Position numbers and translations under genes: made by a program. DNA of 64,000 nucleotides from Felis catus (lineage: Eukaryota), in the NCBI RefSeq assembly GCF_018350175.1, contig NC_058368.1, positions 203,052,001 to 203,116,000 of the forward strand. Direction: 5' to 3'. The number at the start of each line of letters is the position of its first letter. Positions within the stretch are counted from its first letter, which is position 1. The notes beneath the pieces were generated by a model, which was not told the origin of the DNA, did no database searches, and saw only the letters and a list, made by a program, of their open reading frames with translations. Shown piece after piece: positions 38,646 through 51,600 of this stretch.

Positions 38646-41107
38646 GTGGGCGGAGCTAACACTGTGGAGTAGTAGGACCATGGACTTGCCTCATCCCTCA
38701 TCCCTCCAACACAGCAAGATAAATATCAAATCATTCTGAATACACAAGAAATCAGTCTGAGGGCTGACAGAACAAACTGCCCAACTAGAGAGAGAGAGAA
38801 GATGACACATTGTGGAAGGTAGGAGGTGCAGAGACATGGTTTGGGGGAGAAACAGGTCAAGGGTGTTGTCTAGGGGAGGGAGATCTGGTTATGGAAGGGG
38901 GCAGAGAGAGACAGAGAGAGAGGACTGTACAAGAAAAACAGTTCCCCAAGCCATTGACTGGGAAAGTGAGAGGCGCTGATTTTCATGAGTTTTTATAACC
39001 ATTGGGGCTCAAAGACTGGAGCTTAAGAGGTGGGAGGCATGACCTGTATTGAGCCTGGTGGGCCCACACTGCTCTTGTGGAGCAGTGGATCTGAGGGTTC
39101 TCTGGGTCACACTGGGAGAGACAATTCCCCCTTCTTGGAGCACAACCGGGAGAAGGGGCACTGCCATTGTGGGGACAAAAGAGTCTGCAGGTGCCATTTC
39201 CCTCCCCTGCCCCTAAGCATAAACTAACATCAATAAGTAGCATAGCACAAACACTTGCAGCCTTTCCTAATCTGGGGAAGGACACAGACATCAAAATCAA
39301 AGAAGCACAGAGAACTCTGTTGGATTCAACAAAAACCAACATCACAAAGGCATTTCATTGTCAAATTCACAAAATACACAGGCAAGGAAAGAATTAGGAA
39401 AACAGCAAAGGAAAAAAGTCCTTAACCTACAAGGGAAGACAGATTAGGTTCACACCATATCTGTCCACAGAAACTTGGCAGGGCAGAAGGGAGTGGCAGG
39501 ATGCTAAATTGGAAAAATATGCAGCCAAGAATTCTTTATCCAGCAAGACTGTCATTCAAAATAGGAGAGATAAAGAGTTTCCCAGACAAACAAAAACTAA
39601 AGGAGTTTGTGACCACTGAACCTACCCTAAAAGAAATTTTAAGGGGGACTCTTTAAGTGGAAAACAAAACAAAACAAAAAAGACCAAAAGCAACAAAGAC
39701 TATAAAGGACCAGGGAACATCAGAAACATCAACACTACAGAAAGCACAGTTGCACTAATTCATATTTTCAATAATCCTGTAAATGTAATTGGACCAAATG
39801 CTCCAATCAAAAGAAACTAGGTATCAGAATGGATAAGAAAACAAAACCCATCTTTGTGCTGTCTACAAGAGACTCTTAGACCTAAAGACACCTGCAGATT
39901 GAAAGTAATGGGATGGAGAACCACCTATCATGCTAATGGATGTCAAAAGAAAGCCAGAATAGCCATATTTATATTAGACAAACTAGATTTTAAAACAAAG
40001 ATTATAACAAGAAATGAAGAAGGGCGTTATATCATAATTAAGTGGTCTATCCACCAGCAAAATCTAACAATTGTCAATATTTTTGCCCCAACTTGAAAGA
40101 ACCCAAATATACAAACCAATTAATAACAAATATAAAATCATTGATAATAATACAATAATAGTAGGGGACTTTAAGACCACACTGACATCAATGGACAGAC
40201 CATCTAGACAGAAAATCAACAAGGAAACAATGGCTTTGAATGGCACACTGGACCAGATGGGCTTAACAGATATATTTAGAACATTTCACCCTAAAGCAGC
40301 AGAATACACACCCTTTTTGAGTGTTCATGGGACTTTCCCCAGAATAGATCACATCCTGGGTTCACAAATCAGGCCTCAAGTAGTACAAAAAGATTAAGAT
40401 CATATCATGCATATTTTCTGAGCACAATGCTATGCAACTTGAGGTCAATCACAAAAAAAAGATTGGAAAGACCACAAATACATGGAGCTTAAGGAACATG
40501 CTACTAAAGAATGAATTGTCACCCAGGAAATTAATAAATAAATTTAAAAATACATGGAAACAAATGAAAATGAAAACATGATGGTCCTTTGGGAGGCAGC
40601 AAAAGCAGTCATAGAAAGTAAAGAATATAGCAGTATAGCCCTACTTCAAGATGGAACAAAAATGTCAAATACACAATCTAACCTTGCACCCAAAGGAGCT
40701 GGAAAAAGAACAACAAATGAAGCCTAAAGCCAGCAGAAGAAGGGGAATAGTCAAAATTAGAACAGAAATAAGTGATATAGAAACAAACAACATCAATAAC
40801 AAAAACAAAAGCAGTAGAACAGATCAATGAAACCAGGTACCAGTTCTTTGAAAAAATTAATAAAATTGATAACCCCTAGCCAGATTTATCAAAAAGAAAA
40901 GAGAAAGGACCCAAATAAATAAAATCACAATGAGAGAGGTGAGGTAACAACCAACATCACAGAAATACAAACAATTGTAGAGAATATTATGAAAAATTAC
41001 ATGACAACAGACTGAACAACCTGGAAGAATTGGATAAATTCCAAGAAATGAATAAACTACCAAAACTGAAACAGGAAGAAATAGAAAACTTGACACAGAC
41101 TGGTGAT

Positions 41108-41150
<43 letters not shown>

Positions 41151-43701
41151 ATCGGTAATCAAAAATCTCCCAACAAACAAAAATCCAGGGCCAAATGGCT
41201 TCACAAGGGAATTCTATCAAATATTTATGAAAGAGTTAATACCTATTCTTCTCAAATTGTTCCAAAAAATAAAAATGGAAGGAAAATTTCCAAAACTCCA
41301 AAACCTGACAAAGATCCCATTAAAAAAGAGAATTTTAGGCCAATATTCCTAATGAATATTGATGCAAAAATCCTGAACAAAAATACTAGCAAATCAAATC
41401 CAACAGTATATTAAAAGAATCATTCACAATGATCAAGTTGGATTTATTCCTGGGTGCAAGGGTTGTTCAACATTCACAAATCAACAATATACCACATTAA
41501 TAAAAGAAAGGATAAGAACCATATAATCCTCTAAATAGATGCAGAAAAAGCATTTGACAAAGTGCAGCATCCATTTTTGATAAAAATTTTCAACAAAATA
41601 GGGATAGAGGGTACATACCTCAATACCATAAAGGCCATATATGAAAGACCCACAGTTAATATCATCCTTAATGGGCAAAAACTGAGAGCTTTTCCTCTAA
41701 CGTCAAGAACAAGACAGGGACGACCATTCTCACCATTGTTATTTAACATAGTACTGGAAGTCCTAGCCTCAGTAATCAGACAACAAAAAGAAATAAAAGG
41801 CATTCAAATCAGCAAGGAAGAAGTCAAACTTTCACTACTTGCAGATGACATAATATTCTATGTAGAAAACCCAAAAGACTCCAACAAAAAATTGCTAGAA
41901 CTGATACATGAATTCAGCAAAGTTGCAGGATATAAAATCAATGTATACATATTGGCTGCATTTCTATACACCAATAATGAAGTGCAGAAAGAGAAATCAA
42001 AGAATCAATCCCATTTACAATTACACCAAAACCATAAGATATCTAGGAATAAACCTAACTAAAGACGTAAAAGATCTGTACTAATTATAGAACAATGAAG
42101 GAAATCGAAGATGACACAAAGAAATGGACATTCTATGCTCATGGATTGGAAGAATAAATATTGTTAGCATGTCTATACTACCCAAAGCAGTCTACATATT
42201 TAATGCAATCCCTATCAACGTACCACCAGCATTTTTTTTACAGAGCTAGAACAAACAATACTAAATTTTACACGGAACCACAAAAGACCCTGAATAGCCA
42301 AAGCAATCTTGAAAAAGAAAAGCAAAGCGGGAGGCATCACAATTCCAGTCTTCAAGTTATATCACAAAGTTATAGTGATTGAGACACTATCGTACTGGCA
42401 CAAAAACAGACACATAGACCAATAGAACAGAATAAAAAAAACCCAGAAATGGACCCACAACTATGTGGTCAACTAAGCTTCAACAAAGCAGGAAAAAATA
42501 TCCAATGGAAAAAAATTCAACAAATGGTGTCAGTAAAACTGAACAGCAACATTCAAAAGAATGAAACTGGACCACGTTCTTACATTATACAAAAAAATAA
42601 ATTCAAAATGGATAAGAGTCTAAATGTGAGACAAGAAACCATCAAAATACTGGAGGAGAATACAGGCAGTAACTTCTTTGACCTTGGCCATAGCAAATTC
42701 TTACTTGACATGTCTCCGGAGGCAAGGAAAACAAAAAGCAAAAATGAATTATTGGGACTTCATCAAGATAGAAAGCTTCTGCGCAGCAAAGGAAACAATC
42801 AACAAACCTAAAAGGCAACCTATAGAATGGGAGAAGATATTTGCAAATGACATATATGATAAAGAGTTGGTATCCAAAATATATAAAGAATTTATCAAAC
42901 TCAACACCCAAAAAACAACTAATCCAGTTAATAAATGGGCAGAATAAAGGAATAGACATTTTTCCAAAGAGGACATCCAGATGACCAACAGACAAATGAA
43001 AAGATGCTCAACATCAATCATCATCAGGGCAATGCAAATCAAAATCACGATGAGATACCACCTCACACCTGTCAGAATGGCTTAAATTAACAGCATAGGA
43101 AACAATAGATGTTGGTGAGGATGTGGAGAAAGGGGAACCCTTTTACACTGTTGGTGGGAATGCAAACTGGTGCAGTCACTCTGGAAAATAGCATGAATTT
43201 TCCTCAAAAAGTTAAAAATAGAACTACCCAATGATCCAGCATTGCACTACTAGGTTTTTACCCAAAGGATAAAAAAAAATACTGATTGGAAGAGAAACAT
43301 GCACCCTGAGGTTTATAGCAGCAGCATCAATAACCAAATTATGGAAAGAGTCCAAGTGTCCATTAACTGGTGATTGGATAAAGAAGATGTGGTACATATA
43401 TATGTTTGCCATTTGCAATGACATGGACGGAGCTAGAGAATATTATTCTGAGTGATATAAGTCAATCAGAGAAAGATAAGTACCATATGTTTTCACTCGT
43501 GTGGAATTTAAGAAACAAAACAGATGAACATAGAGGGGAAAAGAAGACAGAGGCAAACCACAAAACAGACTCCAAACTATAGAGAACAAACTGAGGGTTG
43601 CTGGAGGAGAGGTGGGTAGGGGGATGGGTTATATGGGTGATGGGTATTAAGGAAGGTACTTGTGATGAGCACAGGGTGATATAAAAATAAAGAAAACAAA
43701 T
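38646..43701 (+). mobile_element. Older carnivore LINE-1 with an internal 5'UTR-ORF1 deletion
   Basis: 5' UTR-like 38646-39262 joined directly to mid-ORF1 (FPNLGKDTDIKI); ORF1 end 39656; decayed ORF2 ~39745-43510 (CCLQET, GDF, LLADDII); short A-rich end; only a degenerate candidate TSD. Confidence 0.93.
41112..41148 (+). repeat. A37 homopolymer inside L1 ORF2
   Basis: Directly visible. Confidence 0.95.
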
Positions 43702-44208
43702 AAAATATCAAGCTCATATCTAATTGATTGCTCAGATCCTCTACTCTCCTCAGTATTTCTGTCATGGTTCTGAAAGGAGAAGAAAGCATGGTCAGCTCTC
43801 CCATAACCTCCATCCTTACCCCTTCTGGGTCCATGTGCTCCACGATTGTGAAGACCAAGATACATGTTTAGAGAAAAGGGGAAAAACTTTTTAAGCCGGG
43901 ATATTATAGTTCTCTTCTGCTTTCTGTAGCTTCTCTGACTAATCTGAACTGGTTGTGCCTTTGAGAGGCAACAATGACAGAGAATCTTTCATGGGACACA
44001 CATGTTAGGGGTGACAACAGTCAGGTGGTACAACTTCTGAATTTCTGCAGTGCCAATTTGACCTCCATCCTCAATACATTGTGGATGTTCCAGTGTTGGA
44101 CTATTGTTTATATCTCTACCCCACTATCTCCCTCTAATTTTATTCTCTCCCCTGCTAGGCCTGCCCAGAGGGCAAAACATCAAGCTTTCTGCATAAAAAG
44201 AGGTCCAT

Positions 44209-44218
44209 GTTAAAAAAA
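44209..44218 (+). mobile_element. Tail-only (extremely 5'-truncated) retroposon insertion
   Basis: gtt plus A run between 14-bp direct repeats aaaaagaggtccat (44195-44208 / 44219-44232). Confidence 0.7.
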
Positions 44219-44399
44219 AAAAAGAGGTCCATCTTCCAAATGAGTTGCCAGTCCCACCTCCTTTTGTGTATCCAATCTTTCTATTGATTCTTTTAGAGTC
44301 ATCCCCCCATTTGACTTGAAAAAAAAGAAGAGGAAAGAAAATAAAAACATCTTTCCTTGGGTGGAAAACTCAGAATTCCTCAAATGGATTTAATTTTTT

Positions 44400-44610
44400 T
44401 TTTAATTTTTTTTTCAACGTTTTTATTTATTTTTGGGACACAGAGCATGAACGGGGGAGGGGCAGAGAGAGAGGGAGACACAGAATCGGAAACAGGCTCC
44501 AGGCTCAGAGCCATCAGCCCAGAGCCTGACGCAGGGCTCGAACTCCCTGACCGCGAGATCGTGACCTGGCTGAAGTCGGACGCTTAACTGACTGTGCCAC
44601 CAGGCGCCCC
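44400..44610 (-). mobile_element. Young SINEC_Fc
   Basis: TSD ggatttaatttttt (44386-44399 / 44613-44626); CpGs retained; small deletion in the (GA)n tract. Confidence 0.97.
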
Positions 44611-44759
44611 AAGGATTTAATTTTTTAAGGATTGGGAGGAGAGATAAGGATTCGGGAAGTGGTTGAGAGTAGCCAAGCTGATTCGGATTTGGATAGTTTT
44701 TCATAAGCCCTGAACAAAGCTCTGAACACCACTGTTTTCAGTTCTATTTTGAATGGGCC

Positions 44760-45274
44760 CATGGTGGGTAGAATAATGGCCTTCCAAAGATGTTCATGTC
44801 CTAATCTCTGGGACCTATGAATATGTTTTATTGCATTGAAAAAGGGAATTAAGGCAGCAGATAAATTCAAGGTTACTGATCAGCTGGACTTAAGATAGGA
44901 ATATTATCCTGACGGATCATCCAGGTGATGACCCAGTTAATCACAAGGGTCATTAAATATGGACAAAGGAGGCAGAAGAGTCAGTGTTAGAGTGATATGA
45001 TGTGATAAAGAGTTGGCCAGTCATTGTGGACTTTCAAAGTGGAGAGGAACCACAAGTCAAGGAATGGAGACAGCCTTCAGAAGCTAGAAAAGGGAAGGAA
45101 ACAAATCCTCCCTTAGAGCCTCCAGAAGGAATGCAGCCCTAGAGGCACCTTGATTTTAGCCCAATTAGACCCATTTCAAAGTTCTGACCTCTAGAACTAT
45201 AAAATAATAAATTTGCATTGTTTTAAGATACTGTTTGTAATAATTTGTCTCACCAGCAATAGGAAGCAAATACA
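44760..45274 (+). mobile_element. MaLR solo LTR (MLT1D-like)
   Basis: 'tggtgggtagaataatggccttccaaagatgttcatgtcctaatc...ttagagcctccagaaggaatgcagccc...gcaataggaagcaaataca'; TSD gggcc / gggtc. Confidence 0.9.
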
Positions 45275-45524
45275 GGGTCTTACTAATCAATTTATTCCCC
45301 CCCCTCAAAAAAATCCCTCTCTCCTGTTTCATGACTAAGAAAGATGCACATCATGATTTGCTGACATAAATTTTTTATTTTACTTTGAAAACAGTCTGGT
45401 TGTGTAACATTGTACACTAGGCTATCCATTCAGATTCAATACACTTTGCTTTAAGACCACGTTTGTAAAGCAGTGTTTCCATTTAATCTTTTTTGTTTAA
45501 CAGACACTAATATGTGTGAAACAA

Positions 45525-45742
45525 TGTTTTTTTTTAATGTTTTCATTATTTTTTTTGAGACAGAGAGAGACAGAGCATGAACAGGGGAGGGTCAGAGAGA
45601 GAGGGGGACACAGAATCTGAAGCAGGCTCCAGGCTCTGAGCTGTCAGCATAGAGCCTGACGTGGGGCTCGAACTCACAGACCATGAGATCATGACCTGAG
45701 CCGAAGTCAGACGCTTAACCGACTGAGCCACCCAGGCGCCCC
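45525..45742 (-). mobile_element. Can-SINE (SINEC_Fc-type)
   Basis: Complete head ggggcgcctgggtggctcagtcggttaagcg on the minus strand, (GA)n, T tail. Confidence 0.96.
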
Positions 45743-46762
45743 AAGAATATATTAAGTCATGATCAGAAAACTTTTCATTTCTATTGCACTGATATGGGAG
45801 GCCTGACACTAAGGAAGATTTTGCATGCCAGGCCATGAAGTTTGAAATGAATTGGTAAGCAATTCAGCAGTCACTGGATACTTTTCCACAGAAATTCTGA
45901 GATTAAGCTTAAGAAAAATGGTTCCAGCAAAAGTGCATACAATGGATGGAGAAGAAGGATAGGCAAAAGAGATGTATACTGCCATAATGTATAGGCAGGT
46001 GATAATAACCATCTGAAACTAGAAAGTGGTAATGACAACAAAAAAAGGAAGAACTTAATTAAAAGTAAATTGTGTCAATAAATTTTAGCAATTAACTCTG
46101 TATGAAAGGACAGACATATATGAGTTAAAAAGATCAATCCTAATTTTTGTATCTGAAACTGAAGGTATCAAACTGCTGTGGAAAACTATTTGTAGAAAGA
46201 AAGAATATTATAATGATGCTGAAATACAATTTCTAGGCACAAAATGGAGTTTCTCCTGCCTGAGGTACCATCAGCAAACCAAAATTTAGATAACTTTTGT
46301 GTCCCTACAAACACTCTGCTTGACTGGAAATGTAGTATATCTGATCCAAATGATCCCAAAAGCCAAGTCAACTCTCATTCCCTTGTTTCTTATTCATGTT
46401 TTTTTTTTTTTTTCTTTCTTGCTCCGTATTCCTTATCCTATTAATGCTTTCTGCTTTCTGGCCCATTTTGCAGTTCTCTGAGCCCTTGGGAACAGAGACT
46501 GCCATTTCATGGAGTGTTAAATAGAATTTATGTCACCTAAATCATCTTCTTTAATCATTTTCAACAATAATAAAACTACTAATACTTTTCTAGACATTTC
46601 ACAGCTGAAATATGCTAGACATTTATACTGGGGGAAATAAACTTTAGACACAATAATATATTCCCAGGGTAAAAAGTCATTCTACTACCATTAATTCATT
46701 CTATTGAAACTTCTGCCTGATTCATTTGAAAGATAGTCTAAGACAAATTCAAATTAACTACT

Positions 46763-46990
46763 TGTCTTAATCCTTTCATGCTACTATAACAAAAATAGGG
46801 CAGCTCAAACAACAAACATTTGCTTTTTCACAGATCTGGAGTTTGGGAAGTCCAAGATTGAAAATCTAGCAGATTTTTGTCTGGTGAAGGCCCACTTCCT
46901 GATTCACAAGACAGCCATCTTCTCACTGTGTCCTAACATGCTGGGAGGGGTAAGGGAAGCTCTCTGGGGTCTCTTATAAGGGCTAATCCT
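46763..46990 (-). mobile_element. MaLR LTR fragment (MLT1A-like)
   Basis: 'tgctactataacaaaa...gggaagtccaagat...tctggtgaaggcccacttcctg...gtctcttataagggctaatcc'. Confidence 0.85.
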
Positions 46991-47044
46991 CGATTTTCTC
47001 CATGTTAATTGGTGTTTATTTTTATGATATATTTGCAGAGAGTA

Positions 47045-47669
47045 TGTATCAGTTTATATTCTATTGTGTAAGTAGAAACCCTCTAGGTATCTGAAGCTCT
47101 TTGTATGAAAGAGCTTTCATACAAAAAAATTGGTAATTGTAGAATTGTTTGCAGGACTGGAGCAAAGGGAGTCCCATTAAGCCTATACCACAGAAGGCCA
47201 CAGAAGAGATCACCAGAGTAGCTACCACTTCTGTCACACTCCAAGAAGGCTTAGGAACCTGAAGGATGCCAAAGGAAGTTTTAGATTTAAAGAACACTTC
47301 TCTGTAGCACACTGGGAATCAAGAAGCCAGGATTGAAAAGCTGTGTAGCACCACATGGTAACAACTTCTTGACCCCAAAGCTGGTGACTAGACATGAAAT
47401 TCTGCTACAGAATACAAAAACAAAGCAATGATTTCTCCACCCCACTGGTTACAGCAGGAATCAGCCAGCAATAGAAGGAAGATGAAGTTTGTCTCATTTC
47501 TATCTTCTAAATCTCACACGAGGCATTTAATAGGCAGAAAATTATTTATATCTAGAATATTCATGGCAAGGAAATGGAATAGTTAGCTTTCTGGGCCATA
47601 TAACACAAGAAGAGCCCCAAGAGAGGGGTAAAAAGTAAATATTGGGTCCCAATTAATCATATCCAACAC
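47045..47669 (-). mobile_element. Ancient ERVL/MaLR-type LTR (family uncertain)
   Basis: tgtatcagt...ccaaca termini and 'agaaaccctctaggtat' motif; very degenerate. Confidence 0.4.
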
Positions 47670-48518
47670 AGGGTTTCATTTTAAATAGTTTATCTTATTT
47701 ATTGTCCAAGTTTTTTCTATCTCTCTTAAATTTTTGAATGTAAATATCTTGTTAAAGCATAGTTTTTGTTAATTATATAAATGCCCCCCTAATCTTATGC
47801 CTTCTGTAGGTAGTCTGCTCAAACCACACTGGGCCAGGTGGTGAGCTGAGGCATGTACCTGAATTCAATTCTTTATTTTTCTGTGTTCTTAGAAAATAGG
47901 GTCCATCTGGAGATGTACAAATCTATCCATTATAAGTTATCTTGAATATAGTTTAAAAGGTTTAGTTTCCCAATTCACTTCCTTCAACACTTCCAATTGT
48001 GAGGTCAAAATCTACAGAGTAAAATTATGTTTCCTTGATTTCTTTATTATAGATCCTCAGATGAACTATTTAAGCATCCCCAGGAAGTACTGGTTAACAT
48101 TATTTCAGGTTGAGTTACCTTCCTCTAACAGTACGTTGAGTTCAAAATAATTGTGAGGCAGTGCCCTTTGCAAGGACGTGAGTAATAAGATGTGAATCCC
48201 TTATTCAAAAGAAGAATTTTGGAGATAGGAAAAAAAGTACCAAAAAGCTTAATTTATAGTTTGGTGTATTTTATACTTAATTCCATCACACCCTCCATGC
48301 CATCCTCAACTACAAAAAAAAAAAAAAAAAAAGCCTAAAGTATGACCATTAAAGTAAAAATAAAAGACAAGTATAACATAACTTAGGGGAAAATCTGTCC
48401 AAGCAAGACTAAACATTGTTGCAATTTAGTACAAAATTTGGTTTTGAAGTTCATTGCTATTAAAACCAGAAATTAAGTGTGGTGGATCACTTAAATCTTT
48501 TATTTAAATAAAAGCTTA

Positions 48519-48665
48519 GGGGCACCTGGGTGGCTCAGTCCGTTAAGCATCTGACTCTTGATTTCAGCTCAGACCATGATTTCACAGTTCATGGGTTCAA
48601 GCCCCACATCAGGCTCTGTGCTCACTGCTTGGAATTCTCTCTCTCTCCTTCTCTCTGCCCCTCCC
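48519..48665 (+). mobile_element. Can-SINE lacking its normal 3' end
   Basis: ggggcacctgggtggctcag head; body stops at ctctgcccctccc without the aataaa/poly(A) tail. Confidence 0.9.
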
Positions 48666-51600
48666 TTTTATTTAAAGGTTAAGTAAAATAACCATTAGAA
48701 AAAAGCATAAAGATAGGTGATATTTTTTTTCTAATAATAAATGATAAAGGACTGTGTTATATATGGTTTTATGAAAGATAATCCAATGACTATATCTTGA
48801 ATGTAGTTAAGATAGAAAAGCAAAACATTTATTTCTAAGAGATTGATACTGATATGCCATAAATGCATAAAGGAAATTCTGTAGACATAATATAGATAAA
48901 GTTTAATAAAAACAGAATACAGACAGCTTTAAAAATGGGTAGGGGTTAATTTTTTCTTCATTTCATCTTCAACATTCAGTTAATCATGAATTCTTTCTGA
49001 TTTCATTTTATAAATTTCCCTCAAATCCACATAATTTAACCAAGAATGTTCCACTACCCCCAGAATGGCACCCCCAATGAGTGCCATTTCAACCACTCAC
49101 GTGAGTATAAGGAGTGCCTAGCACCCATCCAGTTTTTTCAGGTGGCTCGCTTATCAAAGTTGTACATTGGACTGGCTGAACATATGTGACATGTCTGCAC
49201 TTTAACTGCAAGGGACGTTAGACATTATAGCTTTGAAATTGTATCTTGGAGAAATAAAACTCAACGTGCACCAAAATACCAAGATTTGAGAACGTTTGAA
49301 GGCTGTCAAGCGTCCACTTCCAAGACTTTGCATGACATAGAACCTCTCCTTATCTCCAGTTTCATTTCAAGCCATCCCTTCTCATGTTTATATGATGCAG
49401 TCATGAAGGATTTCTTTCATTTCCCCAAATGTACCCAAGTCTATCCTGGCCCCTGTCCTTATGCATTCACAATGATGACGGATAATGAAGATGATGAGGA
49501 TGCTGCTAACTTTATTGACCACTACATGTAGACACTCCTTTAAGGCGAAATGGTTATGAATCCATCAGTAAGGAACCTACAGATTTACTTTCACTAAATA
49601 GCGTGTTTTACTTTCACTTAAAAAGAAACAAGAACCCTTTTAAAACATTTCTTTGGTTATTTCTAAAGAATAGGGCCATAACTTTGTTCAAAGATTCAAA
49701 ATGACTGCCAAGAGTTCCTCTTTTAGTGACACAGTGCTTTCTTTGGCCCTGACACCAGTGCACTCTCAGGAACTTGCGCTGATTGAACTGAAGAAAATTT
49801 GTACTTTCGGTCATACTAGTTCATTTGAAGAATCTAAAGTACTCTTTATCCAGCTTCCTCAACTAGAATTTAACTCAAGTGTTAAATATTAACATCATAA
49901 GAGGTTCTGTGATCTTTTAACTTTCTCTGATGTACTTCGGAAATGGTTATTTTCAATATCTTCTACTTGGCTGCTGCATAAATGTATTCTTTATTAAAAA
50001 AATAAACTATTGTGCATGCCTGGGAAATTTTGAAATCTGGTATTACTCAACAACTTTAAAACGTATAAAATTGTCATCCTATTAAAGGATTATAAAGGCC
50101 TGAAATCCATGAAGCCTGCAAAAATAGTTCTAAGAAAATCTGGAGTCACCAAATAATACCATTGTGAAGTAATTGCGCAAGCAGAATAAGACCAATTAAG
50201 TACACCACTCCAAAGTGGCCTGGGGTGTGGGAAGAGGGATAGTACTAGCAAAAATTCCATGAAAATTGGAACCAGTTTGCCTGAAGGAAGCCTATTAGCA
50301 CTGATTGGTTTGAAATGCAAAATATTCTCCAGACTTAAAATTTTTTGTTGGTTTCTTTAATTTCCTTACTGCCTTCTCAATTCTTCAAGTAAATACAAGT
50401 TTAAGTAGCAGCATTATTTCATGGCAAGAAGCAAGTGCTTTTCCCTGGTATTAACACAGCTCTCAAAAGTAGTAAAGCTGAAGCTATTACCTGTTGTCAG
50501 ATTTCTCTACAGCAAGTCTTCAGATCTCTGGGGTTTGCAAGTAAAAATGTAAATTAGATATTGAAAATAAAAATTAATCAGGATGTTATTAAATTATTTT
50601 TAAATATCAATTTTTATTGTTCATAGACATATCTAATCAATTATGTTCCTATATTCCTAGCTGTTCAGGCTTAAACTCTAAAACTTTCTCAGTGGAAGAT
50701 AGAGCTGTATGTTACTAAAATGCATGCCATGTGCTTTGAACTCAATTTCAGGGAGATATAAAATCTTGAGTCTGAGATGTCCTAAAAAATTGTACTGAAC
50801 TAGGTACCTACTAGCGATACGTCTTTATCTGCTATTTTCCAAATCTCTAAGTTGTAGTTATATTTCAGATCAAAGGAGTCATAAGTCAATGAGATACAGA
50901 GAAATTTCCAATCTTATAAATTAGAATACATTTTAAATATCTCGCTACTAGTGCTACACCCATGGTTTTATTTATATTCCATGTTGGATAGTCCTGGTAC
51001 TGGAATGAAGATTTTAGGCATTTCTATGCCACATGTAGAAGCCTGACTTTAATTCCATAAACAATCAGTTGCATTTTTAGTTCTGAAATTTTTAAATGTG
51101 AATTAAAGGAGAAGATACTTTTCAAAACATGACAATGCTCTCTATACCACTGTTAGTTAGATTGGGAGTAACGTACAATAATTTTATATATTCTAAATTT
51201 TTGACTGCTTAACATTTCCTAAAATTAAAGGAGAAGCTGATCACAAGGATCCTAACACCACCCCCAGAAATTGTCTCAGGCTGTGGAAATATAAAATTAA
51301 ATCATTTAAAATTATCATTTAAGAGCCAGGGAAAGAGGCTCAATGACAAGGTATGAGGTTAAAGCTGGCATGCTATATGTACGGTCTCCTCCCCTTCTAC
51401 TTTATTTTATGGTTCTGCAGATTAGCTGGGTGCCTGCCAATAGTCAAGGCTAAACACAATTTTCAGCCAGCCATTCAGGGTAAAAGGCTAGAAATGGAAT
51501 ATGTATAAAGAATGTGAGGACAGTGGATTTAGCAAGAGAATTGCTGAGAACATTATGCCTGAAATCTGAATGGCTGAATGTGTGACACAGGCAATTTCCA

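Noticed and set aside
46244..46444. 66-aa ATG ORF MEFLLPEVPSANQ...
   Set aside because: No recognisable homology or splice context, and it runs into a poly(T) tract; length is within chance expectation.
50172..50181. C/EBP-like site ATTGCGCAAG
   Set aside because: A single motif with no supporting cluster that I can verify without conservation data.
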